This document shows positions 39,518 to 49,907 of a DNA stretch of 64,000 nt, in pieces; position 1 is the stretch's first letter, and each line of letters opens with the position of its first letter. Source of the stretch: an uncultured Acidobacteriota bacterium (lineage in GTDB: Bacteria; Acidobacteriota; Terriglobia; Acidiferrales; UBA7541); assembly GCA_963704485.1 (NCBI GenBank), contig OY969910.1:3176138-3240137 (forward strand). Reading direction: 5' to 3'. A program made the translations under genes and the position numbers. The notes under the pieces were generated by a model that was not told the origin of the DNA, did not search any database, and saw only the letters and a program-made list of their open reading frames with translations.

Positions 39518-40982
39518 GGGCTCGATTCTGGTGGTGGATGATGAATCAGAAATTCGCGAGGGACTGGAGCTGCTGCTTACCGGTGAAGGATACGGCGTAT
39601 CCAGTGCCGAAACCGGCGAATCGGGCTTGGCCAAGCTAGGGGAGCACCCTTTCGATTTGTTGTTGCTGGACGTAAGCCTGCCGGATCGCAATGGCCTGGA
39701 GCTGCTGAAAGAAATTCACAAACGCGATCCCCACCTTTCCATAGTTTTGATTACCGCGTACGGCTCGATTGATATGGCGCGCACGGCCTTCAAGAGCGGC
39801 GCGATGGATTACATCACCAAGCCGTGGTCCAACGATGAGCTGCTGGCGCAAGTGGCGCAAGCGGTGGAATCCCGGCAGTTGCGCGAAGAAAACGTTCAAC
39901 TGAAACGCGCGTTGAAGCAGCGCTTCAATTTCCCGAACATTATCGGGAAAAGCGACAAGATGCACGCGCTATTGGACCTAGTGACGCAGGTGGCGCCTTC
40001 ACGTTCGACGGTATTGATCAGCGGGGAGAGCGGCACAGGCAAGGAACTCATCGCCAAAGCGATTCACTCCGGTTCCACGCGCGCGGACAAGGCCTTCGTT
40101 CCGGTGAATACCGGATCGATCCCCGTGGACCTGTTGGAGTCGCAGCTTTTCGGCCATGTGAAAGGCGCATTTACCAGCGCGGTCGCTTCGAAAAAGGGTT
40201 TATTTGAGGTTGCGGATCAGGGCACGATCTTCTTCGACGAAATCGCTACCATCAGCGCGGAGACGCAGGCGAAATTATTGCGCGTGATACAAGAGCGCGA
40301 ATTTATGCGCCTGGGCGGCACGGAACAATTGAAGGTGGATGTGCGCATCGTGGCGGCTTCCAACGTGGAGCTTCTGACATTGGTACGCGAAGGACGGTTT
40401 CGCGAAGATTTATACCACCGTTTGAACGTCATACATCTGCAGTTGCCGCCGCTGCGCGACCGGCGCGAAGACGTGCCGCTGTTGCTGGCGCACTTCATGG
40501 AGCGCTACTGCAAGGAAAACGAGAAGTCTTTACGGCAATTTACTCCCGGCGCCATGAAACTAATGATGGATTATGACTGGCCGGGCAACGTTCGCGAGCT
40601 CGAAAACGTGGTGGAGCGCGCCGTAGTACTTTCCACGCAAGAACGCGTGGATGCGGACTTGCTGCCCGAAAGCATCCGCAGCAAAGAAATCGTGCGGGGC
40701 GTGCGGTTGCAGCTTTCAGAATTTTTGCCGCCGCTGCCGGGAGAGCCGGGGTCGCGAACCGGCGCGGACCAGGCGCATCCTTCACTGTTTAAAATAATGG
40801 ATGAAATCGAGCGGCGCATCATTATGGATATGCTCGAACGCACGGCATGGAATCAGACGGAGGCCGCGGAAAGATTCATGATTCCTCTATCGACGCTGAA
40901 TCAAAAAATCAAGCGCCTGGGAATCGATGTACGGCGTCGTGGACGTGGTGAAGAAACTTTTTCTGCTTCGTTTGGGAAGTGA
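39510..40982 (+). CDS. sigma54-dependent response regulator (NtrC/AtoC family)
   Basis: REC domain (VVDDE, LLD), GESGTGKE, GAFTSA, FFDEI, WPGNVRELEN, Fis-type HTH; overlaps the kinase stop. Confidence 0.95.
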   Translation: MSKGSILVVDDESEIREGLELLLTGEGYGVSSAETGESGLAKLGEHPFDLLLLDVSLPDRNGLELLKEIHKRDPHLSIVLITAYGSIDMARTAFKSGAMDYITKPWSNDELLAQVAQAVESRQLREENVQLKRALKQRFNFPNIIGKSDKMHALLDLVTQVAPSRSTVLISGESGTGKELIAKAIHSGSTRADKAFVPVNTGSIPVDLLESQLFGHVKGAFTSAVASKKGLFEVADQGTIFFDEIATISAETQAKLLRVIQEREFMRLGGTEQLKVDVRIVAASNVELLTLVREGRFREDLYHRLNVIHLQLPPLRDRREDVPLLLAHFMERYCKENEKSLRQFTPGAMKLMMDYDWPGNVRELENVVERAVVLSTQERVDADLLPESIRSKEIVRGVRLQLSEFLPPLPGEPGSRTGADQAHPSLFKIMDEIERRIIMDMLERTAWNQTEAAERFMIPLSTLNQKIKRLGIDVRRRGRGEETFSASFGK

Positions 40983-41134
40983 AGAAGCGCATAGCTTATA
41001 AAATCGTTGTTTTTCTCGGAACGAAGAATTGTTCCGATGGCTATTCACACCGAACTCATCGCCACTCCAAATTATTTTGCTGCTGCTGAATTGCCGCTTG
41101 CAAGATTGAAGTGGTCTAGGCAAAGTACACTCGC

Positions 41135-42418
41135 ATGAAAGTGTCCCTCTCGAGCGCGGCGGCCCGCGGTGCGTTGGCCGTGGGCGCACTGCTGGTAGCC
41201 GCATACCTTGGATATTTCAGCGTGCGTACCGCGCGAGCCAAATATTACGTACAAAAAGACACCCTCTACGGATACGAGCGCGCAACGCAGGTAGAGCCGG
41301 AAGACGCGCAGAACTGGTATCTGCTCGGGCGTCACCTGCAATTCAGTCTCGAAGATCAGGATGCCCCCCGGGCCATCGGCAGCTATTTAAAGTCACTGGA
41401 GGTCGATTCCCATTCCACGACCACCTGGCTCGATCTGGCGGCCTTGTACGAATCTGAGGGAAACGTCGCGGGGGCGCGCAGAGCATTTCTGAGCGCGCAG
41501 CAGACTTATCCACTTTCGGCGGAAGTGTCCTGGCGCTATGGAAATTTTCTGCTGCGCCAGGGAGAGTTGGAGCCGGCATTCGTGCAAATACGGCACGCGG
41601 TGGAAGCCGACCCCTTTCGTGCCGCGGAAGCATTTTCGCGCTGCGCCCGAGTGGAACCCGACGTAGAGGTCGTTCTTGATCGGGTGGTACCCAGTGATCG
41701 CGCTGTGTACCTGGCAATCATTCAGGACCTGGCAGGAGAAGGACAGGTTGCGAATGCGCTGAAAGTGTGGAAACGGCTTGCCGCGTTGCGACCAAAACTT
41801 GCACTTTCGGATGCCGGGGCACTGGTGACGGCCTTGCGCCAGGCTGGGCGCCTGCAGGATGCTCACGAGGTCTGGCAGCAGTCAGTTGAATTCGCGGGAT
41901 CGACGCACTTGCAGGCTGCGGGTTCAGCGGCGTGGGACGGCGGATTCGAATCCGATGAAGTGGGCCAGGCTTATACGTGGCGATTCTCGAGAGCCGCGCA
42001 CGGAGTGCAGATCAGCTTTGACAGTCAGGAGAAACATTCCGGACAGCGATCATTGCGCGTTTCTTTCGACGGCAATTCGGACATCAATTTTCGCGATGTT
42101 TGCCAGACGATACCGGTAAAGGGAGGCGCGCGATACGAAGTTTCGGGCTGGATGCAAACCAAGGCGCTGACGACCGATAAGGGCGTGTACATTGAATTGC
42201 GGACGAGCGCGGATACATCGGTGGCAACCGAACAGGCTCACGGCACGCAAGCCTGGACGCGTTTCGCAGCGGTGTGGGAAGGCGCGGAGGCAGACCAGGA
42301 AGTCAACGTTTGCCTGAGACGAGACCCCAGCGATCAGGAGGTCAACAAGATCAGCGGAACCGTGTGGGTTGACGATGTGGCGTTGACGCCAGTGGGAAAG
42401 ACAGGCGCGAAGAAATGA
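41135..42418 (+). CDS. Membrane-anchored TPR protein with a C-terminal CBM4/9-like domain
   Basis: N-terminal TM, TPR-like helices (NWYLLG, WLDLA, WRYGNFLL), WDGGFE...HSGQRSLRV...VWVDDVAL. Confidence 0.75.
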   Translation: MKVSLSSAAARGALAVGALLVAAYLGYFSVRTARAKYYVQKDTLYGYERATQVEPEDAQNWYLLGRHLQFSLEDQDAPRAIGSYLKSLEVDSHSTTTWLDLAALYESEGNVAGARRAFLSAQQTYPLSAEVSWRYGNFLLRQGELEPAFVQIRHAVEADPFRAAEAFSRCARVEPDVEVVLDRVVPSDRAVYLAIIQDLAGEGQVANALKVWKRLAALRPKLALSDAGALVTALRQAGRLQDAHEVWQQSVEFAGSTHLQAAGSAAWDGGFESDEVGQAYTWRFSRAAHGVQISFDSQEKHSGQRSLRVSFDGNSDINFRDVCQTIPVKGGARYEVSGWMQTKALTTDKGVYIELRTSADTSVATEQAHGTQAWTRFAAVWEGAEADQEVNVCLRRDPSDQEVNKISGTVWVDDVALTPVGKTGAKK

Positions 42419-43683
42419 AATCCCTGCGCATCGGGATTTGCGCGCTGGTGGTCTTCGGGGTACTTGCGCACGGCGGGGTTGAGGATTGGGCCAAAGCCTG
42501 CTTCGAAACCGGAGCGGGAATTTTGTTTGTGGCCTGGGCCGCGAAATTCTACCGTGATTCTGAAGAAACGATAATAATTTCGCCTTTGTTGCCGCCGCTC
42601 ATCGGGTTTTTGCTGGTAGTGCTAGGGCAGATGGTGTTTTCAACCACGGCGTCGCAGTTCGCAACACACCAGGAATTTATGGTATTGCTGGCCGACATCG
42701 TGGTGATGTTCTTGGGGGCGCAGGCTTTCCGCACCCTGGAAGACTGGCGCGGATTCGTATGGTTCGTGATGATCTTCGGTTTTCTGGTTGCAATTTTCGG
42801 AATACTGCAACACCTGACGTTCAACGGCAAACTGTACTGGTTCCGGGAAATGCATTACGGAGGCATCCCCTTTGGTCCTTATGTAAATCGCAATCATTTT
42901 GCGGGATTCGCGGAACTGTTTATTCCGACGGCGCTGGTACCGCTGATGCTGGGCAAAGTGCGGCGCGAAAGATTGTTGGTAGTGGGCATCTTCGCCGTGG
43001 TCTCGATAGGAAGCCTGTTCCTCGCGGCATCTCGTGGCGGGGTGATCACCTTCGCAGTGCAGGTGGTGATCATTGTGGGATGGATGGCCTGGAAGCGCAC
43101 CCCCACCAAGCAAATGTTAGCCGGTGCCGCAGTACTGGTAACGGCATTGCTGATGGTGTCGTGGCTCGGAGTAAAGGAGATTACGCAGCGTTTTTCGACC
43201 ATGAAGGCTATGGAAGTGGCCAGCGGGAAACGCGCTTCCATGCGAAGAGACACCTGGAGAATATTTCTGGATCACCCATGGGTCGGAACGGGCCTAGGAA
43301 CGCTGCCAATAGTCTTTCCACCTTACGAAAGCCTCTACGACGGCCGGGTAGTGAATCATTCCCACAACGATTACGTGGAAGCGTTGTCGGATACTGGAAT
43401 AATTGGGGGGATGTGCTGCGCCTTGTTCCTGGGGATGTTGCTGTTCCACTCGCTCGGGCAATTGCCGGGCAACAACCCGCCGTTCACTGCGGTGTTAAAT
43501 CTCTCGGGGTTGGTGGCCTGCGTGGGTTTTCTGGTGCACAGTTTCGTGGACTTCAATCTCCATTTGCCCGCCAATGCGCTACTTTTTTTCCTGATGGCTA
43601 CTATGGCAACTTCCACGCCTGCGGCATTCAAATCTACGAATGGCAAATCAAAACGGCACCATGTTCATAAGGGAAAACCCTGA
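42415..43683 (+). CDS. O-antigen ligase/Wzy_C family protein
   Basis: FGPYVNRNHFAG, SRGG, PWVGTGLG, HSHNDY, HSFVDFNL; many TMs. Confidence 0.88.
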   Translation: MKSLRIGICALVVFGVLAHGGVEDWAKACFETGAGILFVAWAAKFYRDSEETIIISPLLPPLIGFLLVVLGQMVFSTTASQFATHQEFMVLLADIVVMFLGAQAFRTLEDWRGFVWFVMIFGFLVAIFGILQHLTFNGKLYWFREMHYGGIPFGPYVNRNHFAGFAELFIPTALVPLMLGKVRRERLLVVGIFAVVSIGSLFLAASRGGVITFAVQVVIIVGWMAWKRTPTKQMLAGAAVLVTALLMVSWLGVKEITQRFSTMKAMEVASGKRASMRRDTWRIFLDHPWVGTGLGTLPIVFPPYESLYDGRVVNHSHNDYVEALSDTGIIGGMCCALFLGMLLFHSLGQLPGNNPPFTAVLNLSGLVACVGFLVHSFVDFNLHLPANALLFFLMATMATSTPAAFKSTNGKSKRHHVHKGKP

Positions 43684-43730
43684 CTCTGATGGGATGGTAC
43701 CTGTATACTAAACGGGGAGTCATTCATTCG

Positions 43731-44981
43731 ATGCCACCAGTAAAACCGGGTGCGCGGCTGTGGAGTTGTGTCCCGGCCACGTTGCTTGGACTCATGCTCA
43801 CCAGCGCACCTGCGCAGGCCCAAACCATCGCCGGAACTCCTGAACAAGCCAATGATCGCATTCGAGCGCTATCCTCTCAGGCGCGGACGGCTCCGCACGA
43901 CTACATCATAGGCGCCGGCGACACGCTGAGCATCGACGTGTTTGACGTAAAGGAATTGAGCCGGGACGTGCGGGTGAGTCAAACCGGCACGATAGGATTG
44001 CCGCTGGTCCCGGTGCGGATGCAAGTCAAGGGTCTGACGGAGACGCAGGCGGAACAAAAAATTTCCGAGGTATTGCAAGCCAACGGGTTAGTGACTCATC
44101 CCGAGGTCAGCGTGGCGGTCAGAGAGCGCAAGAGTAAGCCAATTACTGTGGTGGGAGCAGTTCCACGGCCAATGGTTTACCAGGCTGAACGCCCGGTCAC
44201 GCTGCTGGAAGTTCTGGCGGAGGCTGGTGGAGTGGCTTCAGACGCCGGGGACACAGCCATCGTTACCCGTCCGGCCGCAGATCCTAACGACGCGCCGGAA
44301 GCGCCAGCGGCCATCACCGAGGATGTTATTCCGCCGGCCGGGGAGAACGTTGCCGTCGAACCCCAGGCAGGCTCACCGCTGCCGCCCAATGGAGCAGTGA
44401 GCACCGCGCCGGCAGTGGGACCGGCGCTCAGCACGCCGGTTTTCAGTACCGGAGGGCCGGGCCCCGTGCCGAGCACCATCCCGAGCACCGCAGATAATAA
44501 TCCGCCTCCACCTACTCAAGTCCCAGCACTCAGCAATACGATTACAGTAAATTTGAACGAATTGTTGGAAAGTGGCGATCCCGCGAACAATGTGATTTTG
44601 CAGGCCGGTGATATCGTGACGGTGCCGCATGCCGGAATTGTGTATGTGCTGGGCGCCATCAACAAGCCTGGCGGCTACGTTCTGGCGAACGATCGTAGCC
44701 AGATGACAGCCTTAAAAATGTTGGCGCTTTCAGGGGGACTTAACCGCACCGCGAAATCTGATCATGCGGTGATCGTTCGGAAGGATTTGCAGGGGCAGCA
44801 GCACGAACAAATGATAGATCTAAGGAAAATAGTTAAACGCGAAACGGAAGATGTGCGGCTGCAACCCAGCGACATTCTGTACGTGCCCGAGAGCACCGCG
44901 AAGCAAGTGCTGCTGAGAGCAGCGCAAACGGCTTTCTCACTGGGTAGCAGCGTGGCGTTATATCGCGTAGCAATCCACTAA
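43731..44981 (+). CDS. Polysaccharide export protein (Wza/Poly_export plus SLBB)
   Basis: DYIIGAGDTLSIDVF, GTIGLPLV, V.GAV..P, LQAGDIVTVP, LQPSDILYVP; GGGGAG RBS before ATG 43731. Confidence 0.9.
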   Translation: MPPVKPGARLWSCVPATLLGLMLTSAPAQAQTIAGTPEQANDRIRALSSQARTAPHDYIIGAGDTLSIDVFDVKELSRDVRVSQTGTIGLPLVPVRMQVKGLTETQAEQKISEVLQANGLVTHPEVSVAVRERKSKPITVVGAVPRPMVYQAERPVTLLEVLAEAGGVASDAGDTAIVTRPAADPNDAPEAPAAITEDVIPPAGENVAVEPQAGSPLPPNGAVSTAPAVGPALSTPVFSTGGPGPVPSTIPSTADNNPPPPTQVPALSNTITVNLNELLESGDPANNVILQAGDIVTVPHAGIVYVLGAINKPGGYVLANDRSQMTALKMLALSGGLNRTAKSDHAVIVRKDLQGQQHEQMIDLRKIVKRETEDVRLQPSDILYVPESTAKQVLLRAAQTAFSLGSSVALYRVAIH

Positions 44982-44982
44982 G

Positions 44983-47325
44983 ATGAACAACAACAGCACA
45001 AACGGCACGTCGCAAAATGGCTCCAACGGAGCCGTGGAGGTGGTGCAGTTACAGAGCCCCGTGCCGGCGTGGGAGCTCTCTCCACGTGAGCCGCACCTTT
45101 ACGACTATTTACTGATCCTGCGAAAGCACCAGTGGTTGATCTTTTCCTTCATGCTTTCGGTGGTGACCATCGTGGCCATCGCTACTTTCCGGATGCAACC
45201 GGTATATGTGGCCACCGCCCGAGTGGAAATTGACCGCGAAAATTCCAATATCCTTCCGTTCCAAGGCACCGATGCCTACGACGTGATGACGGATTCCGAA
45301 AGTTACATCGAGACGCAATCGAAGATATTGACAAGCGAAACTTTAGCGTTGCAAACGATCCGCGACAGCGGGCTTTCCGCGCGTTCGGAATATTCTTCTC
45401 CGGGTGGACCATCCGAAGCAGTGGCCATCGGCAGCCTCAAGAATCAGAAACGCCCACCGGAACTCGCTGCGTTCCTGGGAAGCTTAAGCGTTAGACGCGT
45501 CCCCAACAGTCGATTGATGGACGTGAGTTTCGAATCCACGGATCCGCAACTTGCGGCGCGCATCGTAAACGCGCACCTGGACACCTACGTCCACAAAAAT
45601 TTCCAGGACCAGATCGAGTCCACCACGCGAGCCACCACCTGGCTGCAGGATCAGCTCGAGGGACTTAAAGTTCGCGTGCAAAATTCGGAAGACGCACGCA
45701 TTGCTTATGAACGCCAAAACCAGATATGGACGCTGGACGATAAGCAGAACATGACTACGCAAAGATTCGCGGACGCCAATCGCGAATTAACCTCGGCACA
45801 GGCCGAGCGCGTCAGAAAACAGGCGCTATTCGAATTTGCGAAGTCTGGAAAACTCGATGCCGTGCCACAGATTCAATCGAACCCCGCGCTGACGGACTTC
45901 CTCAAGAAACGCAGTGAAGTAGACTCCGAATACCGGGAAGCGCTTGCGCAATACGGTCCCAATTTTCCGCGAGTAGCCCGGTTGCAGACGCAGATCAAAG
46001 ACCTGGACGAGAATATTGAAAAAGAAAAACAAAACATCGTAGACACGTTGGACAGCGAATATCGCGCCGCAGTGGCCAGAGAAATGATGCTGGGCAGAGC
46101 CCTGGAGGACGAGAAGCAGGAAGTCAACGAGATGGCCGGCAAGATGGTGGAATACAACATCTTGAAGCGGGAAGCGGAAGCCAACAAAATTCTGTACGAC
46201 GGGCTGCTTACTAAATTGCGCGAGGCGGGAGTGTCGGCAGGTCTGAGATCTTCCAACATTCGCGTCGTGGATCCGGCCATGATTCCCTCGACGCCGGCGA
46301 GACCGGCGAAGACCCGCAACGTGGCGCTGGCTTTTGTCGTGGGTCTCGTGGGCGGAATTGGCCTGGCATTGATGCGCGAGTATCTGGACAACACCGTGAA
46401 AACTCCCGATGACATTGAAACGTTGTCGCGCTTGCCATCGCTGGCGGTGGTACCGCAATTCACGTCTTCCAACGGTACCGGGAAGAACGGAAGTAAAAAT
46501 AAATTATTGTCGGGCCACTCCGCGAATGGTCACGACAAACGAATGGAACTGGTGGCGGAGCATTTGCCGAAGTCGCAGATGTCTGAAGCGTTCCGCGCAC
46601 TGCGGACTTCCCTGCTGCTTTCGCGCGCCGATCATCCACCGCAAGTGATACTGGTGACCAGCGCGCTGCCTCGCGAAGGTAAGACCACAGCAGCCGCGAA
46701 CCTGGCGGTGACGCTGGCGCAGCTCGGCGACAAGACGGTGGTGGTGGACGCCGACCTCCGCAAGCCGGGCGTTGGGCGCCTGCTGAATATGAGCGGTGGA
46801 AATTATGCGGGCTTGAGTTCTTATCTGGCGGGCGCGTCCAGTCTGGATTTGGTGACCGTGCCGCACCCCACGATTCCCAATCTTGCCGCTATACCCACTG
46901 GTCCGTTGCCGCCAAATCCCGCGGACTTACTGTCTTCTCACAAACTCGCGGAAGCCATTGTCGAGCTGCGTAAAAAATTCAAATTTGTGGTGATCGATTC
47001 ACCGCCAGTGATGGCGGCCACCGACGCGGTAATACTGTCGGTGCAAACCGATGGAGTGTTGCTGGTGGTTCGCAGCGGCGAGACTCCCAAGGAAGCGTTT
47101 ACGCGAACGCGCGATCTGCTGGTGAGCGTGAAGTGCAACATTCTGGGAGTGGTATTGAATGCGGTGGATGCGAGCGCCCCGGATTATTACTATTCTTACC
47201 GTTACTATCCCTATTCGTACGGATATGGCCCGCAGGAAGCCGGCGAACATGCGGACAGCGGCGACGATTCGGAAGCTGTGACTGAGGGAAGGTCTCGCGA
47301 TGACGATGACTCCCAGGCGCTATAA
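44983..47325 (+). CDS. wzc: Polysaccharide co-polymerase tyrosine autokinase (Wzc)
   Basis: Two TMs, coiled coil, EAFRALRT, PREGKTT, DADLRKP, IDSPP, Tyr cluster DYYYSYRYYPYSYGY. Confidence 0.93.
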   Translation: MNNNSTNGTSQNGSNGAVEVVQLQSPVPAWELSPREPHLYDYLLILRKHQWLIFSFMLSVVTIVAIATFRMQPVYVATARVEIDRENSNILPFQGTDAYDVMTDSESYIETQSKILTSETLALQTIRDSGLSARSEYSSPGGPSEAVAIGSLKNQKRPPELAAFLGSLSVRRVPNSRLMDVSFESTDPQLAARIVNAHLDTYVHKNFQDQIESTTRATTWLQDQLEGLKVRVQNSEDARIAYERQNQIWTLDDKQNMTTQRFADANRELTSAQAERVRKQALFEFAKSGKLDAVPQIQSNPALTDFLKKRSEVDSEYREALAQYGPNFPRVARLQTQIKDLDENIEKEKQNIVDTLDSEYRAAVAREMMLGRALEDEKQEVNEMAGKMVEYNILKREAEANKILYDGLLTKLREAGVSAGLRSSNIRVVDPAMIPSTPARPAKTRNVALAFVVGLVGGIGLALMREYLDNTVKTPDDIETLSRLPSLAVVPQFTSSNGTGKNGSKNKLLSGHSANGHDKRMELVAEHLPKSQMSEAFRALRTSLLLSRADHPPQVILVTSALPREGKTTAAANLAVTLAQLGDKTVVVDADLRKPGVGRLLNMSGGNYAGLSSYLAGASSLDLVTVPHPTIPNLAAIPTGPLPPNPADLLSSHKLAEAIVELRKKFKFVVIDSPPVMAATDAVILSVQTDGVLLVVRSGETPKEAFTRTRDLLVSVKCNILGVVLNAVDASAPDYYYSYRYYPYSYGYGPQEAGEHADSGDDSEAVTEGRSRDDDDSQAL

Positions 47326-47334
47326 GGAGACTCT

Positions 47335-48366
47335 TTGCGTTATTTGATCACTGGCGGAGCAGGCTTCATAGGCTCGCACCTCGCGGAGCGATTGGTGGAT
47401 CGCGGAGACTACGTTGTCTTGCTTGATAATTTATCCACCGGCAGTATGGAAAACATTCGGCATTTGAAAGCGTCGTCACGGATGGAGTATCACCTCGACG
47501 GCATCGAGAACCGCCAATTGGTGGCCGAGTTGGTTGACGATGCGGATGTGGTGGTACACCTGGCCGCCGCGGTGGGAGTGAAGCTGATCGTCGAAAGTCC
47601 GGTGCGCACCATCGAGACGAACGTCAACGGGACGCAGATGATTCTGGAAGCGGCTTGCCGGAAGCGAAAATTGGTTCTGACAGCTTCGACTTCCGAAGTT
47701 TATGGCAAAAATACCAACGTGCCATTCCACGAGGATGCCGACCTGGTGCTGGGGCCCACCACCAAGGGGCGTTGGAGCTATGCGGCATCCAAAGCCCTTG
47801 ACGAGTTTCTGGCATTGTCTTACTGGAAAGAAAAAAAACTTCCGGTAATTGTAGTGCGGCTTTTCAACACCGTGGGGCCGCGGCAGACGGGGCGATACGG
47901 AATGGTGTTGCCTAATTTTGTTAAATCGGCGCTGGAGAACGCTCCGATCAATGTTTTTGGAAGCGGCAAACAATCACGGTGCTTTTGCGATGTGCGAGAT
48001 ACGGTGGAAGCGCTGATTAGGCTGATGGACACGGATCGTTCGATCGGCGAAGTCACCAATGTAGGCAATACGGAAGAGATAACGATCGAGGAGCTGGCCC
48101 GCGTGGTGAAAGAGCGAACCAAAAGCTCATCGGTGATCGAATATGTGCCCTATGACAAGGCCTACGAGCCAGGCTTCGAAGATATGATGCGGCGTGTGCC
48201 GTCCGTGGAAAAGTTGTTTGCCTTGACGGGATTTCGGCCGCAGACACCTCTGACGGAAATTATTGATCGTGTGACGCAATCGCTTCAGGCCAAGCAAGAG
48301 CGGGCTGCGGATTTTAAGCCGCTCATGACAAAAACTGCCCGCCAGGGTAGCGAGCTCTTGTCGTAG
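47335..48366 (+). CDS. NAD-dependent nucleotide-sugar epimerase/dehydratase/decarboxylase
   Basis: TGGAGFIG, ASTSEVYG, YAASK, RLFNTVGPRQ. Confidence 0.92.
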   Translation: MRYLITGGAGFIGSHLAERLVDRGDYVVLLDNLSTGSMENIRHLKASSRMEYHLDGIENRQLVAELVDDADVVVHLAAAVGVKLIVESPVRTIETNVNGTQMILEAACRKRKLVLTASTSEVYGKNTNVPFHEDADLVLGPTTKGRWSYAASKALDEFLALSYWKEKKLPVIVVRLFNTVGPRQTGRYGMVLPNFVKSALENAPINVFGSGKQSRCFCDVRDTVEALIRLMDTDRSIGEVTNVGNTEEITIEELARVVKERTKSSSVIEYVPYDKAYEPGFEDMMRRVPSVEKLFALTGFRPQTPLTEIIDRVTQSLQAKQERAADFKPLMTKTARQGSELLS

Positions 48367-48400
48367 ACTATTTTCCGAGTCGCCACCAATACAAGCGCTG

Positions 48401-49906
48401 ATGAAGTCAAACACTACACTTTCGGTTCTGGTCCCCGTATATAACGAAGAGCATCTGGTGGCCACAAGTCTCGGCCGCCTGCTCTGTCTGGGCGATTCAC
48501 CGCTACTTGCGCGGATTCAAATTATCGTGGTCGATGATGGCTCCTCGGATAGAACGCCCAAGGCCATTGCGCAGTTCAAAGAGTCCTTGGGCGAATCACA
48601 GAATGAAAAGCTGAACTGGCTGTTTATTCGCCAGGATAAAAATGCCGGTAAAGCGGCGGCTATTCATACTGCGCTATCGGCAGCGACCGAAGAGTTGTGC
48701 GTAATTCATGATGCCGACCTGGAATATCACCCCGCTGATTTATTGAAAATGGTGGAAGTTTTTGTGGCGGAACAGGCCGACGCGGTGTTCGGTTCACGAT
48801 TCCTGGCCAGCGAGTACCGGCGAGTACTTTTTTTCCGCCATGAACTTGGAAACCGCTTTCTGACGCTGCTTTGCAACATGGTTTCTGACCTGAACCTGAG
48901 CGACATGGAAACCTGCTACAAAATGGTGCGCACCTCGCTACTGAAAAGCATCCCGCTGACCGGCAAAGGTTTTGAGATCGAACCGGAAATCACCATCAAG
49001 CTGGCCAAGCGTGGGGCAAGAATTTTTGAAGTTCCGATACGTTATGCCGGCCGAACCTACCAAGAAGGGAAAAAGATTGGCTGGAAGGACGGGGTACGAG
49101 CCGTCACGGCCATCCTGAGTTTTGCATGGTCCGACAATATATACGCCAACGACATATATGGCAGCCAGATTTTAGGGCGACTGAATCGCGCGCCGCGGTT
49201 CACGAAATGGATGGCTGACACCATACGGCCGTTCGTCGGCAATCGCGTGTTGGAGATTGGTGCAGGAACTGGTAATTTGACGGCGCAGCTTATACCAAGG
49301 CATAAATATTGGTCTACGGATATCAATCCGTTATATCTGATGTATCTTGAGAATGTCGGGCGCAACCGTCCATATATGACGGTAGGTTTTACGGATGCGG
49401 AGAAAGCGGAGTCCTATCCACAGGATCAGAATTTCGACACGGTGATTTGTCTAAATGTAGTCGAACATCTGGCGGACGATCGCGGTGCACTTATGAACAT
49501 TCGGTCGGCGCTTGAGCCCGGTGGCCGCGCCATCATTCTCGTGCCTTGCGGTCCGCAACTTTACGGCACTTTGGATGAGGTTCTGGGGCATCATCGCAGA
49601 TACACGAAAAAGAGCCTGGCGGCGGTGATCAGCGCGGCCGGGTTTGAACTGGAAAAATTCCTGGAATTCAATCGGGTTGGAGTGATTGCCTGGTGGTTGA
49701 ATGGCCGGGTGCTACACCGTCGTATCTTCGGACTGTGGCAAATCAAGTTGTTAAATCTGATGACGCCTATTTTCCGAATGATAGATGGCATCTTACCGTT
49801 GCCGCCGCTTTCGCTGATAGCGGTGATCAGGAAACCTGCGGCCGCGAGCCCAGTGTCATACGCGACCTCACCAGCGTTCGCGGACCAGACTGGCATCCAT
49901 CTTTAA
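48401..49906 (+). CDS. Bifunctional GT2 (DPM1-like polyprenol-phosphate glycosyltransferase) / class I SAM methyltransferase
   Basis: PVYNEE, DDGSSD, DADLEY, DMETCYK, then LEIGAGTG, NVVEH, GHHRRY. Confidence 0.9.
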   Translation: MKSNTTLSVLVPVYNEEHLVATSLGRLLCLGDSPLLARIQIIVVDDGSSDRTPKAIAQFKESLGESQNEKLNWLFIRQDKNAGKAAAIHTALSAATEELCVIHDADLEYHPADLLKMVEVFVAEQADAVFGSRFLASEYRRVLFFRHELGNRFLTLLCNMVSDLNLSDMETCYKMVRTSLLKSIPLTGKGFEIEPEITIKLAKRGARIFEVPIRYAGRTYQEGKKIGWKDGVRAVTAILSFAWSDNIYANDIYGSQILGRLNRAPRFTKWMADTIRPFVGNRVLEIGAGTGNLTAQLIPRHKYWSTDINPLYLMYLENVGRNRPYMTVGFTDAEKAESYPQDQNFDTVICLNVVEHLADDRGALMNIRSALEPGGRAIILVPCGPQLYGTLDEVLGHHRRYTKKSLAAVISAAGFELEKFLEFNRVGVIAWWLNGRVLHRRIFGLWQIKLLNLMTPIFRMIDGILPLPPLSLIAVIRKPAAASPVSYATSPAFADQTGIHL

Positions 49907-49907
49907 C

